Positions 48,671-58,664 of a stretch of DNA of 64,000 bases are shown here, in pieces. The stretch is from Methanobacteriota archaeon (GTDB lineage: Archaea; Thermoplasmatota; Poseidoniia; Poseidoniales; Poseidoniaceae), in assembly GCA_009937025.1 (NCBI GenBank), contig JAACDG010000164.1, forward strand, positions 85 to 64,084, written 5' to 3'. The notes below the pieces were generated by a model. The model did not search any database, was not told the origin of the DNA, and was given only the letters and a program-made list of their open reading frames with translations. Numbering within the stretch: position 1 is the first letter of the stretch; each line of letters opens with the position of its first letter. A program made the translations under genes and the position numbers.

Positions 48671-49561
48671 TCACATCTCTTCTTCTTCGATGCTCAAAAA
48701 CGATGTTTCGATTACTTTTACGACATCTGGATTTCTATCAAAAAGTTTCAGTAACCGGTCACAAGTGGGCTGGCTTACTTTTGGAGCAACCACAATAATA
48801 GCGTTCCCGGAACCTGTCATTCCCGCAGCACGTGCACCATTGAGAATTGCATCATTGGTGATTTTTTTCCCTTGAACATCATTCATGACGGCAACTGTCC
48901 CTCGTCCATTCCAAGTCAAGGCAACCAATTCATTCATTTCTTGTAAAGCTGAAAGTGAATTTTGATAGGAGGCGACGTGGGGGATGAAATCTTCGAGTTC
49001 TGGCCGTTTGGAACGTTCTCCACGGCAAACAACCATGACAACCCAATCCTCGGATTTCGGGCCATTTCCTTCAAATAAAACACCTTCAGTGATGCTGGTT
49101 GCCTGAGGGTCGATAAGTTTCCACCCAGGGGTAAGACAAGCCCAAGCATCATCAATCGAACCAGTGAGTGATACATTTGCTTCTAATTGTGCTTGAGCAG
49201 CCATAGCCACGAATTCTTCATCACTGACTTCTGATTTGGTTGACTCAGCAAGTGCCCGAAGTGCACCTATTGCCGTTGCTGCACTCGATTTGAGACCCTG
49301 GCGCGGAGGGATTTGGCTTTTGACAGCCCAATGCAAACCTTCTTTGGAAAGTTCGTTAGGAAGCTGAAACCCTCCAGCAAGCCAAGCATCAATGACAGCA
49401 GGAAGGAGTTCATCAGGGTCATCGACAGGACGCTTACTTGGCTTGTCAAGTAAACGAACAGCTAATGGTAAGTCAAGACCAATACTTGCTCCGTATCCAG
49501 TGCCAGCAGCATGCAAGAGGCTACAGCCACCATTCGCATTTCCAGAACCTAATACGGCCAT
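48671..49561 (-). CDS. aroK: Archaeal (GHMP-family) shikimate kinase
   Basis: SQIPPRQGLKSSAA, SLTGSIDD, GMTGSG; start MAVLGSG. Confidence 0.88.
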   Translation of the reverse strand: MAVLGSGNANGGCSLLHAAGTGYGASIGLDLPLAVRLLDKPSKRPVDDPDELLPAVIDAWLAGGFQLPNELSKEGLHWAVKSQIPPRQGLKSSAATAIGALRALAESTKSEVSDEEFVAMAAQAQLEANVSLTGSIDDAWACLTPGWKLIDPQATSITEGVLFEGNGPKSEDWVVMVVCRGERSKRPELEDFIPHVASYQNSLSALQEMNELVALTWNGRGTVAVMNDVQGKKITNDAILNGARAAGMTGSGNAIIVVAPKVSQPTCDRLLKLFDRNPDVVKVIETSFLSIEEEEM

Positions 49562-49565
49562 TTCA

Positions 49566-50594
49566 TCATCTCTCAGTAACGGCACTTGAGATTGAGGCAC
49601 CGATGTGCCTCGCTCCTATGTCGCTCCATCCTATGACTTCCTCACCTATTTTCAATTTTGTAATTGATTTGATTTGTTTGTCAAAGCCCACGACGCGTAC
49701 CGTCTCTGCTTGTTGCAAGAACATGCTCCCTTCTTTATCGTTTTCATCAATCCATTTTATCAAAATCATGGGCCGAATCTCGATTTTTAATCGACCGATT
49801 GAGGCACTGCGTTGTAAACCTTCAGTGTTTACCAAAAGGATTTCATCACCAGATTGAAGTTCTGAGAGATATTTTGTTTTTCCATCGGCCATGCGGACAT
49901 AAGCGTGTGGGGGCCCAGCATTGACACGGAATGGGCGTGTAGGTACAAATTCCGATTCAAGTGTTTCACCGTGTACGAAAAGAAAACTCGATGCGTTGGA
50001 ACCGAGTAATAACCCCTCGCCTTGGTCCAACAAACGGGTCATATCAATGCAATAACGTTCTGCAGTCCCTCCTGACTCAATTGAAGTAATGGTGAGTTTC
50101 CCAATACCAATCTTACTTGCAGAGAAGCGTACTTCATCGACTTTAGGAGTTGCATGTTCCAAACGCTGTGCTTTGACAATCAACGCAACCTCGACCATGG
50201 AGGGGGTATTTTGTACAACTAAGGCATCAACACCTTGCTCCAATGCAAAACCTGCACCTTGGGCCTGTTCTGGAGAAGTAATAACCGCCGCAATCTTTGT
50301 CGGTGTTCCTTCACATGCGGCAATAATATTTTCAATTGGTATCATCGACCAATCTGTGAATTCGAGAACCAACCATTCGACACTTCCAACCAGCGAGCGA
50401 GCCTGTTCCTGTGAAGTATCTGAATCAATAGTCACTAAACTTCCAATCAAATGTTCTCGATTCATCAAGCGATTTCCATCAATAAAATAATCTCTTGTAG
50501 AATCTGAATATTGTGGAAAAAGAATTCTGTCTATTCCAGAGTCTAAAGAAGCAAATGCTTCTATAGATTTGCGACCATCAAGCCAGACTTCCAT
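49566..50594 (-). CDS. 3-dehydroquinate synthase II (oxidative deamination/cyclization)
   Basis: DWSMIPIENIIA, LEQGVD, RPFRVNAG, LQQAETVR, ARHIG. Confidence 0.92.
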   Translation of the reverse strand: MEVWLDGRKSIEAFASLDSGIDRILFPQYSDSTRDYFIDGNRLMNREHLIGSLVTIDSDTSQEQARSLVGSVEWLVLEFTDWSMIPIENIIAACEGTPTKIAAVITSPEQAQGAGFALEQGVDALVVQNTPSMVEVALIVKAQRLEHATPKVDEVRFSASKIGIGKLTITSIESGGTAERYCIDMTRLLDQGEGLLLGSNASSFLFVHGETLESEFVPTRPFRVNAGPPHAYVRMADGKTKYLSELQSGDEILLVNTEGLQRSASIGRLKIEIRPMILIKWIDENDKEGSMFLQQAETVRVVGFDKQIKSITKLKIGEEVIGWSDIGARHIGASISSAVTER

Positions 50595-50603
50595 ATCGAC
50601 CCC

Positions 50604-51401
50604 TCAAAGTTCACAGGCATTCATCGCTTCTTCTACAGTAGCGTCCTCATGGACAAGCATAACCAATGCTTTGGCAATTGCTTCAATGTTTGGATGTGCA
50701 AACACTTGCCGCCCCATACAAACACCTGATGCACCAGCGTCAAGCGCCTTTCTCACCATGGTCAAAATGGCTTTTGAATCACCAGTTGATGGACCACCAG
50801 CAACCAGTACCGGAATCGGAGCTGCAGATGTGATTTTTCTGAAACTTTCCATATCTCCGGTCCATGTGGTCTTTGCAGCATCACAGCCTAACTCAAAGGC
50901 GAGCCGAACAGCGTGAGCATTAGCGTTGGTATCGTCCCCCTCCATCACAGAGAGATGTTCGCCACGGGCATAGACCATGCCAAACATGGGTAATTGATGA
51001 TGAAGTGCTGCTCTGCTCATTTGACCCATGCGTTCAATCATGGTGGCTTCATTCGGACTCCCCATATTGACTTGGCAAGAAACACCGATACCACCTCTTG
51101 GAAGAACTTCATCCGCATTACCTACCAGTACTTTGTTTGCAGAATCTGGACCTGCGTGTCGTGTTGAGACTGAAAAGTGAACAACCATGTCTGTCGATGA
51201 GGACGCACACAAATGGTGGTAATGTCCAACAACTCCTTTTTGGGCAACAATCGCATCAACACCTGCTCGAACAAGCGATTGAATGACATGCTTGGTATCA
51301 GTTAGGCCGTCAACAGGGAAATCTGAGGCGCCATGATCGATTGGAATCCAAACACCACGTCCATTTGGAAGCAATGAGTCCATGCGAGATGCCTTGTCCA
51401 T
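50604..51401 (-). CDS. 2-amino-3,7-dideoxy-D-threo-hept-6-ulosonate synthase (DhnA-type aldolase, AroA')
   Basis: PIDHG, AQKG, MVYARG, ELGCDAAKT, VLVAGG, MGRQVF; adjacent to DHQ synthase II. Confidence 0.88.
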   Translation of the reverse strand: MDKASRMDSLLPNGRGVWIPIDHGASDFPVDGLTDTKHVIQSLVRAGVDAIVAQKGVVGHYHHLCASSSTDMVVHFSVSTRHAGPDSANKVLVGNADEVLPRGGIGVSCQVNMGSPNEATMIERMGQMSRAALHHQLPMFGMVYARGEHLSVMEGDDTNANAHAVRLAFELGCDAAKTTWTGDMESFRKITSAAPIPVLVAGGPSTGDSKAILTMVRKALDAGASGVCMGRQVFAHPNIEAIAKALVMLVHEDATVEEAMNACEL

Positions 51402-51442
51402 GCTACGCCGAAAACTCGCTTGTTCTCAAGGTTTTGCACATC

Positions 51443-52084
51443 TCAATTGGAATCGATTTGCTCACTTGACCATTTCATCATGGCTAATTCAGCCCTATTC
51501 AGATGTTCTTGCAAGGTCGAGCGAGGTATTTTCATCAATTCAGAAAGTTCACGCAATTTGATTTGTTTTGGATGGTCGTAATATCCCGAAGCTGCTGCTA
51601 CTTTTACACACTCTATTTGCCGTGGAGTAAGTATATTTTCAATCAGGCTTTGATTATCACCCATTTCAACAACTTTGACTATATCTGGTGGAAGTAATGC
51701 TCTACACGTTTTCAAAAAGAGAGAGATACCCTCGGGAACACCTCGAACAGTGATGTTGATTCCTTCTCCTCCGTAGGTGTATGGTGGGAGTATATGGATA
51801 TTTGAAAAACGAATTGCTGCAATGGAAAGTGGATGTGCATTCCAAACGACCAAATAGCCGCTCTGTCCTCCTTCAAGTTCTGATTCAACGGTCAAAAAGG
51901 GAACTTCATTCAGGTCCTTTGCACTCTTTCCTTCACAGAAATGTGGTAAAAGCAGTTGTCGAATGCCTTTGTCTCCAATATCAAGGTGGCCAACAACCTC
52001 CAAAGAATGCGCAATATTAGCAATTGGGGCATATTCTGAGTTTGCTACGGTCTCAGCCGTCCACTTCAGATGAATTTCGCGCAC
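51443..52084 (-). CDS. Bat-like (HTH_10) transcriptional regulator
   Basis: LTPRQ...A...GYYDHPK...ELSELM...STLQEHLNRAE; GTG start at 52084 with canonical TTATAT at -28..-23. Confidence 0.85.
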   Translation of the reverse strand: MREIHLKWTAETVANSEYAPIANIAHSLEVVGHLDIGDKGIRQLLLPHFCEGKSAKDLNEVPFLTVESELEGGQSGYLVVWNAHPLSIAAIRFSNIHILPPYTYGGEGINITVRGVPEGISLFLKTCRALLPPDIVKVVEMGDNQSLIENILTPRQIECVKVAAASGYYDHPKQIKLRELSELMKIPRSTLQEHLNRAELAMMKWSSEQIDSN

Positions 52085-52232
52085 AAACAGACCACAGCGT
52101 AATGTGATATAAAACAAAAGCCAATATGAACACCTCCGTCAATTTAGTGGCAATATCATGATTGAAAATAATCTCTTTTCCCAAACACGACCAACCGATG
52201 CTACAAAAGGCTACCACTCTCTGCGAGTTCTA

Positions 52233-53477
52233 ATGGGACTTGAAACCGTCTTGACTTCGATTGCCCTTGTCGGGGGTTTTATTGTTGGATTATGGTACAT
52301 TTTTACCCGTAAAGACGTAACTGTTTCGGCTCGCCAAGGTATGAGTCCTGAAGGCTTGCGATACGGTTCAGGCTCTCCGGGTTTTGGAAATGCGAAGAAA
52401 GAAATCGATCGAAAGTTAGCTATTGTTGAAAACCGCCGACGGCGGCAAGAAGCAATTGCAGGGCGGCTCGCCTTGGAAAACGCAGAGCGTCAAGCACAAG
52501 AGCAACTTGAACAAACTCGAGCCCAGCAAGATGCTGAACGCGAACAAATGGTGCAAGAAGCTAGAGAAAAGGCTCTTGAAGAGGCTCGGCTGGCTTCCGA
52601 AGCAGAACAAAAGGTTCGAGAGGAGCAAGAAGAGGCTCGTCGCCGAGAAGAAGAAGAAGCACGTCTTGCAGCAGAACGCGAAAATCAGCGTCAATCAGAC
52701 TTCTTGGCAGCAGAAGAGGCTCGTCTCGCCGAAATTGCCGCAGCACAGCAATCTCAAATCGCTTCAAACAATGCCAATTCGAAAGCCATCAAAGAACTTC
52801 AAGCCCGTTTGGAGCGAGAAGGTGCAAAATCATCCGATGTCCAAGTCTCCTTAATGTGGAACAATTACAATGACCTTGATTTGCACATTGTTTGTCCATC
52901 AGGCGAACGTATTCACGGTGGAAACAAAATTTCAGCCTGCAAAGGAGAACTCGATGTCGATGCGAATGTTAGAGCAGAAACACGTAAACCGGTCGAGAAT
53001 GTATTCTGGCCAGAAGGGACTGCTCCTGGGGGCACATATCATGTCTATGTGCATTATTACAAAAAGCACAACAAACGCCGTTCTAAAGACCCAACAAAGT
53101 TCCAAATCATGGTGAGCAGCGGTGGAGAATTAACCGAATATTCATCCGAACTCAGTAAGGGCTACCCAATCATGCAAGTCTGTTCCTTTGAGGTGGCTTC
53201 CAAAGCAGAACGAGAGCGCTTGAAGGTGGAACTTGAATCTGAATTGGAAGCACTCAAAAACAAATTTTCCGCTGCTGCTGATGGCAGTTCCCAACTCTCT
53301 GTCGAAGAACTTGCATCGGCTACAGGAATGTCATTGGAAGAGGCAGAAGCCATTCACAAGAAAGCAGACAAAGACGGCGATGGTTCGGTTTCACTTGATG
53401 AATTCCTTTCCGTTAGCGATGTTCCAAGCGCCCCTGATTTGGAATCATTGAGTAGCGAAGAAGAGACTGCTGATTGA
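52233..53477 (+). CDS. Membrane-anchored coiled-coil protein with YfaP/DUF2135-like domain and C-terminal EF-hand
   Basis: N-terminal TM; E/A/R coil; SLMWNNYNDLDLH...LDVDAN...ENVFW; EF-hand DKDGDGSVSLDE. Confidence 0.7.
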   Translation: MGLETVLTSIALVGGFIVGLWYIFTRKDVTVSARQGMSPEGLRYGSGSPGFGNAKKEIDRKLAIVENRRRRQEAIAGRLALENAERQAQEQLEQTRAQQDAEREQMVQEAREKALEEARLASEAEQKVREEQEEARRREEEEARLAAERENQRQSDFLAAEEARLAEIAAAQQSQIASNNANSKAIKELQARLEREGAKSSDVQVSLMWNNYNDLDLHIVCPSGERIHGGNKISACKGELDVDANVRAETRKPVENVFWPEGTAPGGTYHVYVHYYKKHNKRRSKDPTKFQIMVSSGGELTEYSSELSKGYPIMQVCSFEVASKAERERLKVELESELEALKNKFSAAADGSSQLSVEELASATGMSLEEAEAIHKKADKDGDGSVSLDEFLSVSDVPSAPDLESLSSEEETAD

Positions 53478-53538
53478 ATCTGAATCGTCTGAGACGAGGA
53501 ACGTTTCACGTCCGTGGCACCCATGTTACAATCTGCTC

Positions 53539-54699
53539 TCAAGAGAGGATGTCTTCCAAACAATTGTTTTGGGATGCTTTGCGAATTGAACGGGCAATAC
53601 GGCGTCCTGTCGACATCCGCTCTTCGTTGATGTCCGAGTAAGGAGAACCTCCGACAAAGGGATTTGAACCTGCAACAATGCGTGCACTGATTTCAAAAAC
53701 TTTGAACTCAAGTGTATCTGTGACAATTGTTTCAAGACAGAAAGGTCCAATCATTCCACGAGAGCCTTCTTCCAATTCAAAAGATTCAGCGACCGTTCCT
53801 TCCGCCATTTCAAAAGCTCTCGGAAGCAGCGATTCACGAATCACAACAGGTTGATTGCCCGTGACTACGAAAGAGGGCTCGAGTTCCATTTCTCGCAAGT
53901 CGCGAAGTGAGCCTAATTTGTAGAATTCATCAACATTTGATTCGTCTCTGCGATCCATCGAAAGGAGTTCCAAACGGCCAAGGTTCTTTCCAGCATTCGA
54001 ACCTTTGCCACGAACTTGGAAACCATCTGTCGCTGTTGGGTCAAAGAAAAAGTGCAGATAATATCTGCAACCTAGAACGTATTCTTGAATCGTAAATTCT
54101 TCTTCGATATCTACATTTCTTCGAAAATCCCGATAATTTCGAGCGATGAAGTATCCTCTGCCACCTTTTGCTCCAGCATATTTGACAATGACCGGGCCAT
54201 CGATGTCATGAGGGTCTTCAAGCACCTTTGGCATTGTACAGCCGCCCGCTTCAAGCCATTGACGTTGGCGCTCACGGCTACTTTCCCAATGGAGGATTCC
54301 ACGATTACCAAAAGTAGGAACTTTCAGTTCACGATAGTTGGACGAGCCAAGATATTCAACCAATGAACCGTGAGGGATAATGACCACGTTTCGTTCACGA
54401 AACCATTCTGCATGGTCAAGCATTTCTCGGTAATTATCAAGCATGAGCCACTCATCGGGTTCGGCACCAGGGAATGCCTGATAGAAACGACGACGATTTT
54501 CTCCAACCGCAATACCGAGTGTTCGGAAACCTTCAATACGCGCGCCATGCAAAATTTGCAGAGAAGAATGAGATGCAACAACACCGATTGTGATGTTGTC
54601 TCGGTCGTAGTCAGCGAGCCATCCCGCCAGTGTATTCGAATCTACGCCCATGTCGAGGGGTTCAGTATGTGTGATATGAGTGTTATGATTGGAATCCAT
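53539..54699 (-). CDS. purP: Formate-dependent FAICAR synthetase (ATP-grasp)
   Basis: SHSSLQILHGA, IPHGS, GAKGGRGYF, GNQPVVIRESLL, IGPFCLE, FEISARIVAG. Confidence 0.9.
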   Translation of the reverse strand: MDSNHNTHITHTEPLDMGVDSNTLAGWLADYDRDNITIGVVASHSSLQILHGARIEGFRTLGIAVGENRRRFYQAFPGAEPDEWLMLDNYREMLDHAEWFRERNVVIIPHGSLVEYLGSSNYRELKVPTFGNRGILHWESSRERQRQWLEAGGCTMPKVLEDPHDIDGPVIVKYAGAKGGRGYFIARNYRDFRRNVDIEEEFTIQEYVLGCRYYLHFFFDPTATDGFQVRGKGSNAGKNLGRLELLSMDRRDESNVDEFYKLGSLRDLREMELEPSFVVTGNQPVVIRESLLPRAFEMAEGTVAESFELEEGSRGMIGPFCLETIVTDTLEFKVFEISARIVAGSNPFVGGSPYSDINEERMSTGRRIARSIRKASQNNCLEDILS

Positions 54700-54799
54700 A
54701 GCAGTACGGAATTTTGGATATTTCAATCGCCTTTCAAGAGTGAAGCGAAACCCTCTGTTTGGCCACAACAACGACAAGCCCTCTGCTCAAAGACCCTGT

Positions 54800-55150
54800 A
54801 TGGCATGGTTCCAACTTGTAGTTCGTCTTGTTCTCTCAGGGGGGTTGATTGTTGGTGCGAGTGAAATTGCTAAGAAAAATGATGTTTTTGGCGCTCTCAT
54901 TGCTTCTCTCCCATTAATTTCGATCTTTGCTATGATTTGGTTGTATAATGATACAGGCGATACCGAGCAAATTTCAACTTTCAGCACAGATATATTTTGG
55001 TTGGTCATACCATCGCTTGTTCTTTTTCTCACCTCGCCGGTATTTCTTCAAAGGGGAATGGATTTTTGGCCAGCACTCAGTCTTGCGATTCTTCTCACTG
55101 TTCTCGCCTATATTTTTGGTCTAAAAATTGCCAACGCCTCAACATCTTAA
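54800..55150 (+). CDS. DUF3147 family membrane protein
   Basis: SEIAKK...GALIASLPLIS...IFWLVIPS. Confidence 0.75.
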   Translation: MAWFQLVVRLVLSGGLIVGASEIAKKNDVFGALIASLPLISIFAMIWLYNDTGDTEQISTFSTDIFWLVIPSLVLFLTSPVFLQRGMDFWPALSLAILLTVLAYIFGLKIANASTS

Positions 55151-55220
55151 GGCTTGAAGTCGAATCAAATCCATCTGTGAATGAGTGAAGAGTTCAAGGG
55201 CTTGGCACCTATCCAAAACC

Positions 55221-56315
55221 ATGACCGACGACGCACCAACGCATCGAATGACCTACGGCGGATATTTGCAGTTGGAATCGTTATTGACTTTACAGGACGG
55301 TCCTGAGGGATACAGTCCGGCTCCTTCAAACGATGAACAACACTTCATCATCGTCCACCAAGCATTTGAATTATGGTTCAAACTCATTTTACGAGAACTC
55401 AAAGAAACGCATGCTCTTCTTCACCAAGAACACGTCCCTGAAGAGAAACTCCCCCAAATCGTTCATCATTTGGACCGAGTAACTGAAATCTTTCGCCTTC
55501 TCTCGAATCAATGGAAAGTAATGGAAACACTCACCCCACAAGGATTCTTGGCGTTCCGAGATAAACTTGGCACTTCATCAGGTTTCGAATCTTGGCAAAT
55601 GAGAGAACTTGAGGTGCTTCTCGGCCTCGATAATGCTCAACGAATGGGAGGCATGGACCCTCTTCTTCACATGAAAAAATTGGCGAAAGAAGGAAAAGTA
55701 TCCGCTTCTGTTTTGTCTGATTTTGAATTTACATCAAGCCAACCATCACTTCGAGAAGCCCTCTCTGCCTGGTTGGCCCGTACACCAATCAACGGCTCAC
55801 TTGCTGGTTCAGCAGGCGATGACGCTGTTATCGAAGCATTTGTTGATGGCCATGTTGCTGCTATGCGTACTCATGGAGAGGAAGTCATTGCTCATATTGT
55901 GGCGATTGGACATGGTGAAGAAGCCCCCGTTCGTGCCCGAATTGAATCTGCAACTGAACAGGCAGCAGAATTCCTTCGCCCGAACGGTGAAGTATCTCGT
56001 TCAAGGGCGGGATTGTTATTCATTGAATCGTATCGAGAACTACCTTTGCTGTCATGGCCTCGAAAACTCATCGATTCTTTTGTGGGACTTGAACAATCAA
56101 TGTTACTGTTCCGTTCTGCCCATGCACGAATGGTCGAGCGAATGATTGGACGTCGAATGGGAACGGGTGGCTCAAGCGGTGTAGATTATCTTGATGCTAC
56201 AACCAAATACAGAGTCTTTGTCGACCTGTGGGCAGTTCGAACAATGCTTGTCAAGCGTGATGCCTTACCAGATGTAGAACAAGCCAATTTTTACGGCTTT
56301 GCCGCAAATGATTGA
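55221..56315 (+). CDS. kynA: Tryptophan 2,3-dioxygenase
   Basis: YGGYLQL, FIIVHQAFELWFK, SSGFESWQMRE, VERMIG..MGTGGSSGVDYL. Confidence 0.93.
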   Translation: MTDDAPTHRMTYGGYLQLESLLTLQDGPEGYSPAPSNDEQHFIIVHQAFELWFKLILRELKETHALLHQEHVPEEKLPQIVHHLDRVTEIFRLLSNQWKVMETLTPQGFLAFRDKLGTSSGFESWQMRELEVLLGLDNAQRMGGMDPLLHMKKLAKEGKVSASVLSDFEFTSSQPSLREALSAWLARTPINGSLAGSAGDDAVIEAFVDGHVAAMRTHGEEVIAHIVAIGHGEEAPVRARIESATEQAAEFLRPNGEVSRSRAGLLFIESYRELPLLSWPRKLIDSFVGLEQSMLLFRSAHARMVERMIGRRMGTGGSSGVDYLDATTKYRVFVDLWAVRTMLVKRDALPDVEQANFYGFAAND

Positions 56316-56317
56316 TT

Positions 56318-56572
56318 TCAGTCGAGATGCGGGTCAATATCGATTGGAATGAGTTCATGTTCATACTCATACAATGCGATCTTTAGTGGGTCAAGAACGA
56401 ATCGAACAGATGCTTCTTCAAGTCCGTAGAGTGAGATAAGTTCGTCCATAAACGCTTCACGAAGGACTTCTTCATTTGCATAAAGAGGAGCGCCCATTCC
56501 AATTTGGAGTGCGCGTGCGCCAATAATTCGAGCTCGTTCAAATCGTGTGTGGAGTCGTGCTGGTTTGACCAT
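56318..56572 (-). CDS. rpoK: DNA-directed RNA polymerase subunit K (Rpo6)
   Basis: TRFERARIIGARALQI..GAP, DPLKIA..E...IPI. Confidence 0.93.
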   Translation of the reverse strand: MVKPARLHTRFERARIIGARALQIGMGAPLYANEEVLREAFMDELISLYGLEEASVRFVLDPLKIALYEYEHELIPIDIDPHLD

Positions 56573-56627
56573 GAGATACACCTGCGAGTTCACCCGCAAT
56601 TGGGCGACCTGCCTACTGTTCTTGAAC

Positions 56628-57551
56628 CTAACCCTTGATACTCTCAGCCAAGAAAGCCTCTTCTTCCTCGTGAATCACCTGTTTTGAGAGCTTCCATCGC
56701 ATGTATATTGCAGGTACTAATGTTGCGACGAGAAGAGCCGTCCAAAGACTCGCTCTTTCACCGGGAGACATACCTTGAGTACCTATTTTGACACCGGTAT
56801 CTTGATTTTCATTCAATTCAAATCCACCTGTTGGATTCTCTGAATCACTCACCAATCGATAGACGCCAGACTGTTCTAAAATCAGAACTAAACTGCCGTT
56901 CAAACCTTCAAGAAGTTCCGACACATTTCCTGAGCCATTTGATGCATCGAATTGCATCATGTCAGTCGCAAGGGTCGGATGCGTCCTGTTTCGGTTTGTA
57001 TGCTCTATTGCTTCGATACGCCAAACGCTTACTCGGTCGCCTTTGGATGCCTCCCAGGTAAGAGTTCCATTGCTGAGTTCAACATCTGAAAAACCCTCGT
57101 AAGAAGTGGAACGTTCGCTGAGAACATTCGAAAGTTCAAGCCCTTGACTTGAGCCGGTTAGGAGCCCTTCTCCATCGATGACAAGACTTGGCAAAAACAA
57201 CAACCGGTGTTCATTATCAAATCGCATTTTAGAGGCGCTAAGGAATGATGCATCAACCACAGAAGGATGATGTTGCATCACAAAGGTTCCCGTTCGGTTC
57301 AAAGCATCGATTTCCTGCTCGATTAATTCACAAGGTTCACACCAATCTGCGCCATAATACTCAACCAGATGCTCGACCCGTTCGCCGATGCATGAAGTAG
57401 AATTTAGGCAAGAGGAATCGAAAAGTAACACATCATGCATGGTTGCAAAAACAGGTTCGTCTGTAGAGGCGTGTGCCGTTGAAGGTAATATGGATACCAT
57501 CATCATTGCGAGAATCAGTATCGGCAACACCTGTTGATGAATTCTCGCCAC
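56628..57551 (-). CDS. Secreted thioredoxin-like (CxxC) protein with C-terminal TM anchor
   Basis: Signal peptide ending AHA-S; VEYYGADWCEPC; LPSLVIDG cis-Pro loop; GTG start chosen to avoid overlap with ctaA. Confidence 0.68.
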   Translation of the reverse strand: MARIHQQVLPILILAMMMVSILPSTAHASTDEPVFATMHDVLLFDSSCLNSTSCIGERVEHLVEYYGADWCEPCELIEQEIDALNRTGTFVMQHHPSVVDASFLSASKMRFDNEHRLLFLPSLVIDGEGLLTGSSQGLELSNVLSERSTSYEGFSDVELSNGTLTWEASKGDRVSVWRIEAIEHTNRNRTHPTLATDMMQFDASNGSGNVSELLEGLNGSLVLILEQSGVYRLVSDSENPTGGFELNENQDTGVKIGTQGMSPGERASLWTALLVATLVPAIYMRWKLSKQVIHEEEEAFLAESIKG

Positions 57552-57603
57552 AGTTGACGGGTGTAGGAATGTGTTCAAAAGGGGTCTGCTCCCACCATCA
57601 CCC

Positions 57604-58662
57604 ATGGGGCAGGTATGGTGGCGTCGACCGTCGACCCTCCCCGTTGCCCTTGTGATTATGTCACTCTGTATCGTCATCGCAGGTGGCACTATTCGCATCA
57701 ACGACGCAGGTGAATCATGTCCTGATTGGCCGCAGTGCTTTGGCACATGGGGTTTTGATATCTCACCAGATGAGCAAGGTGCCTTTTGGGCTGAAAATCC
57801 TGATGAAATTGATACAAGAGGTGTCGACCATCGATACACAACATTCGAAATATTCTCGGAATGGTTCCACCGACTCTTGGTTGGTATCATCGCAATACCG
57901 GTTCTTTTCAACGCTCTTCTCGCCCGGCGAATGATCGGCACATATGGTTCAACAGTGTATCGCTCGACCTTGTTGTCAGGTGTACTTTTGATTGCTCAGG
58001 CATTGGTTGGCGCACTCACAGTTTCAATGGATAATGTCGACTGGTCGGTCGCTTTACACCTCTCTCTTGCCAGTATTTTTACCTCCACATTTTTGTTCCA
58101 GTACTTTGCAATGCGGAAAGCTGAAGGTTCGAAATTCGAAGCCTTTACGCTGAATTCAGAATTTGTTTCCGCCAATCAAAAACGGGTCGATGCGATGATG
58201 GGTGCCGTTTTCACGCTCATGATTCTTGGCGCTTGGGTTTCTTCAACTGCCGGCGGACAATACAATCAAGGTTGTTCGGTAGGGTTCCCAAACGGTTGGC
58301 CAAAGTGCAATGGCACTTTGCTTCCTTCATTTGATGGACCGGGTGTCTTGGTTCAAATGATTCATCGTTTTGGGGCTGTTCTGGTTGGATTGGTCTTGGT
58401 ATCGGGTTCTGCTCGCATTCGAAGCGATGCCCTAGCAAACGAGGTCACACCTTTGATTGGACGCATTACTGACTTTACTGCAGGTTTATGGATACTTAAT
58501 GTCCTTGTTGGCGGCTCGTACATCGTCTTGGCAGAAATGGAAAACTTCCCTGAATGGGTTTCTCTACTTCACTTGATGTTCGGTATCAGTTGTTTCCTTG
58601 TTGCCATTTCTGCATCGTTCTTGATGCGATTAAGCACACCACCGACCAATGAGGAGGAATAA
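57604..58662 (+). CDS. ctaA: Heme A synthase (COX15/CtaA)
   Basis: CPDWPQC, EWFHR, LHL, WPKC, QMIHR, LLHL. Confidence 0.9.
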   Translation: MGQVWWRRPSTLPVALVIMSLCIVIAGGTIRINDAGESCPDWPQCFGTWGFDISPDEQGAFWAENPDEIDTRGVDHRYTTFEIFSEWFHRLLVGIIAIPVLFNALLARRMIGTYGSTVYRSTLLSGVLLIAQALVGALTVSMDNVDWSVALHLSLASIFTSTFLFQYFAMRKAEGSKFEAFTLNSEFVSANQKRVDAMMGAVFTLMILGAWVSSTAGGQYNQGCSVGFPNGWPKCNGTLLPSFDGPGVLVQMIHRFGAVLVGLVLVSGSARIRSDALANEVTPLIGRITDFTAGLWILNVLVGGSYIVLAEMENFPEWVSLLHLMFGISCFLVAISASFLMRLSTPPTNEEE

Positions 58663-58664
58663 AC

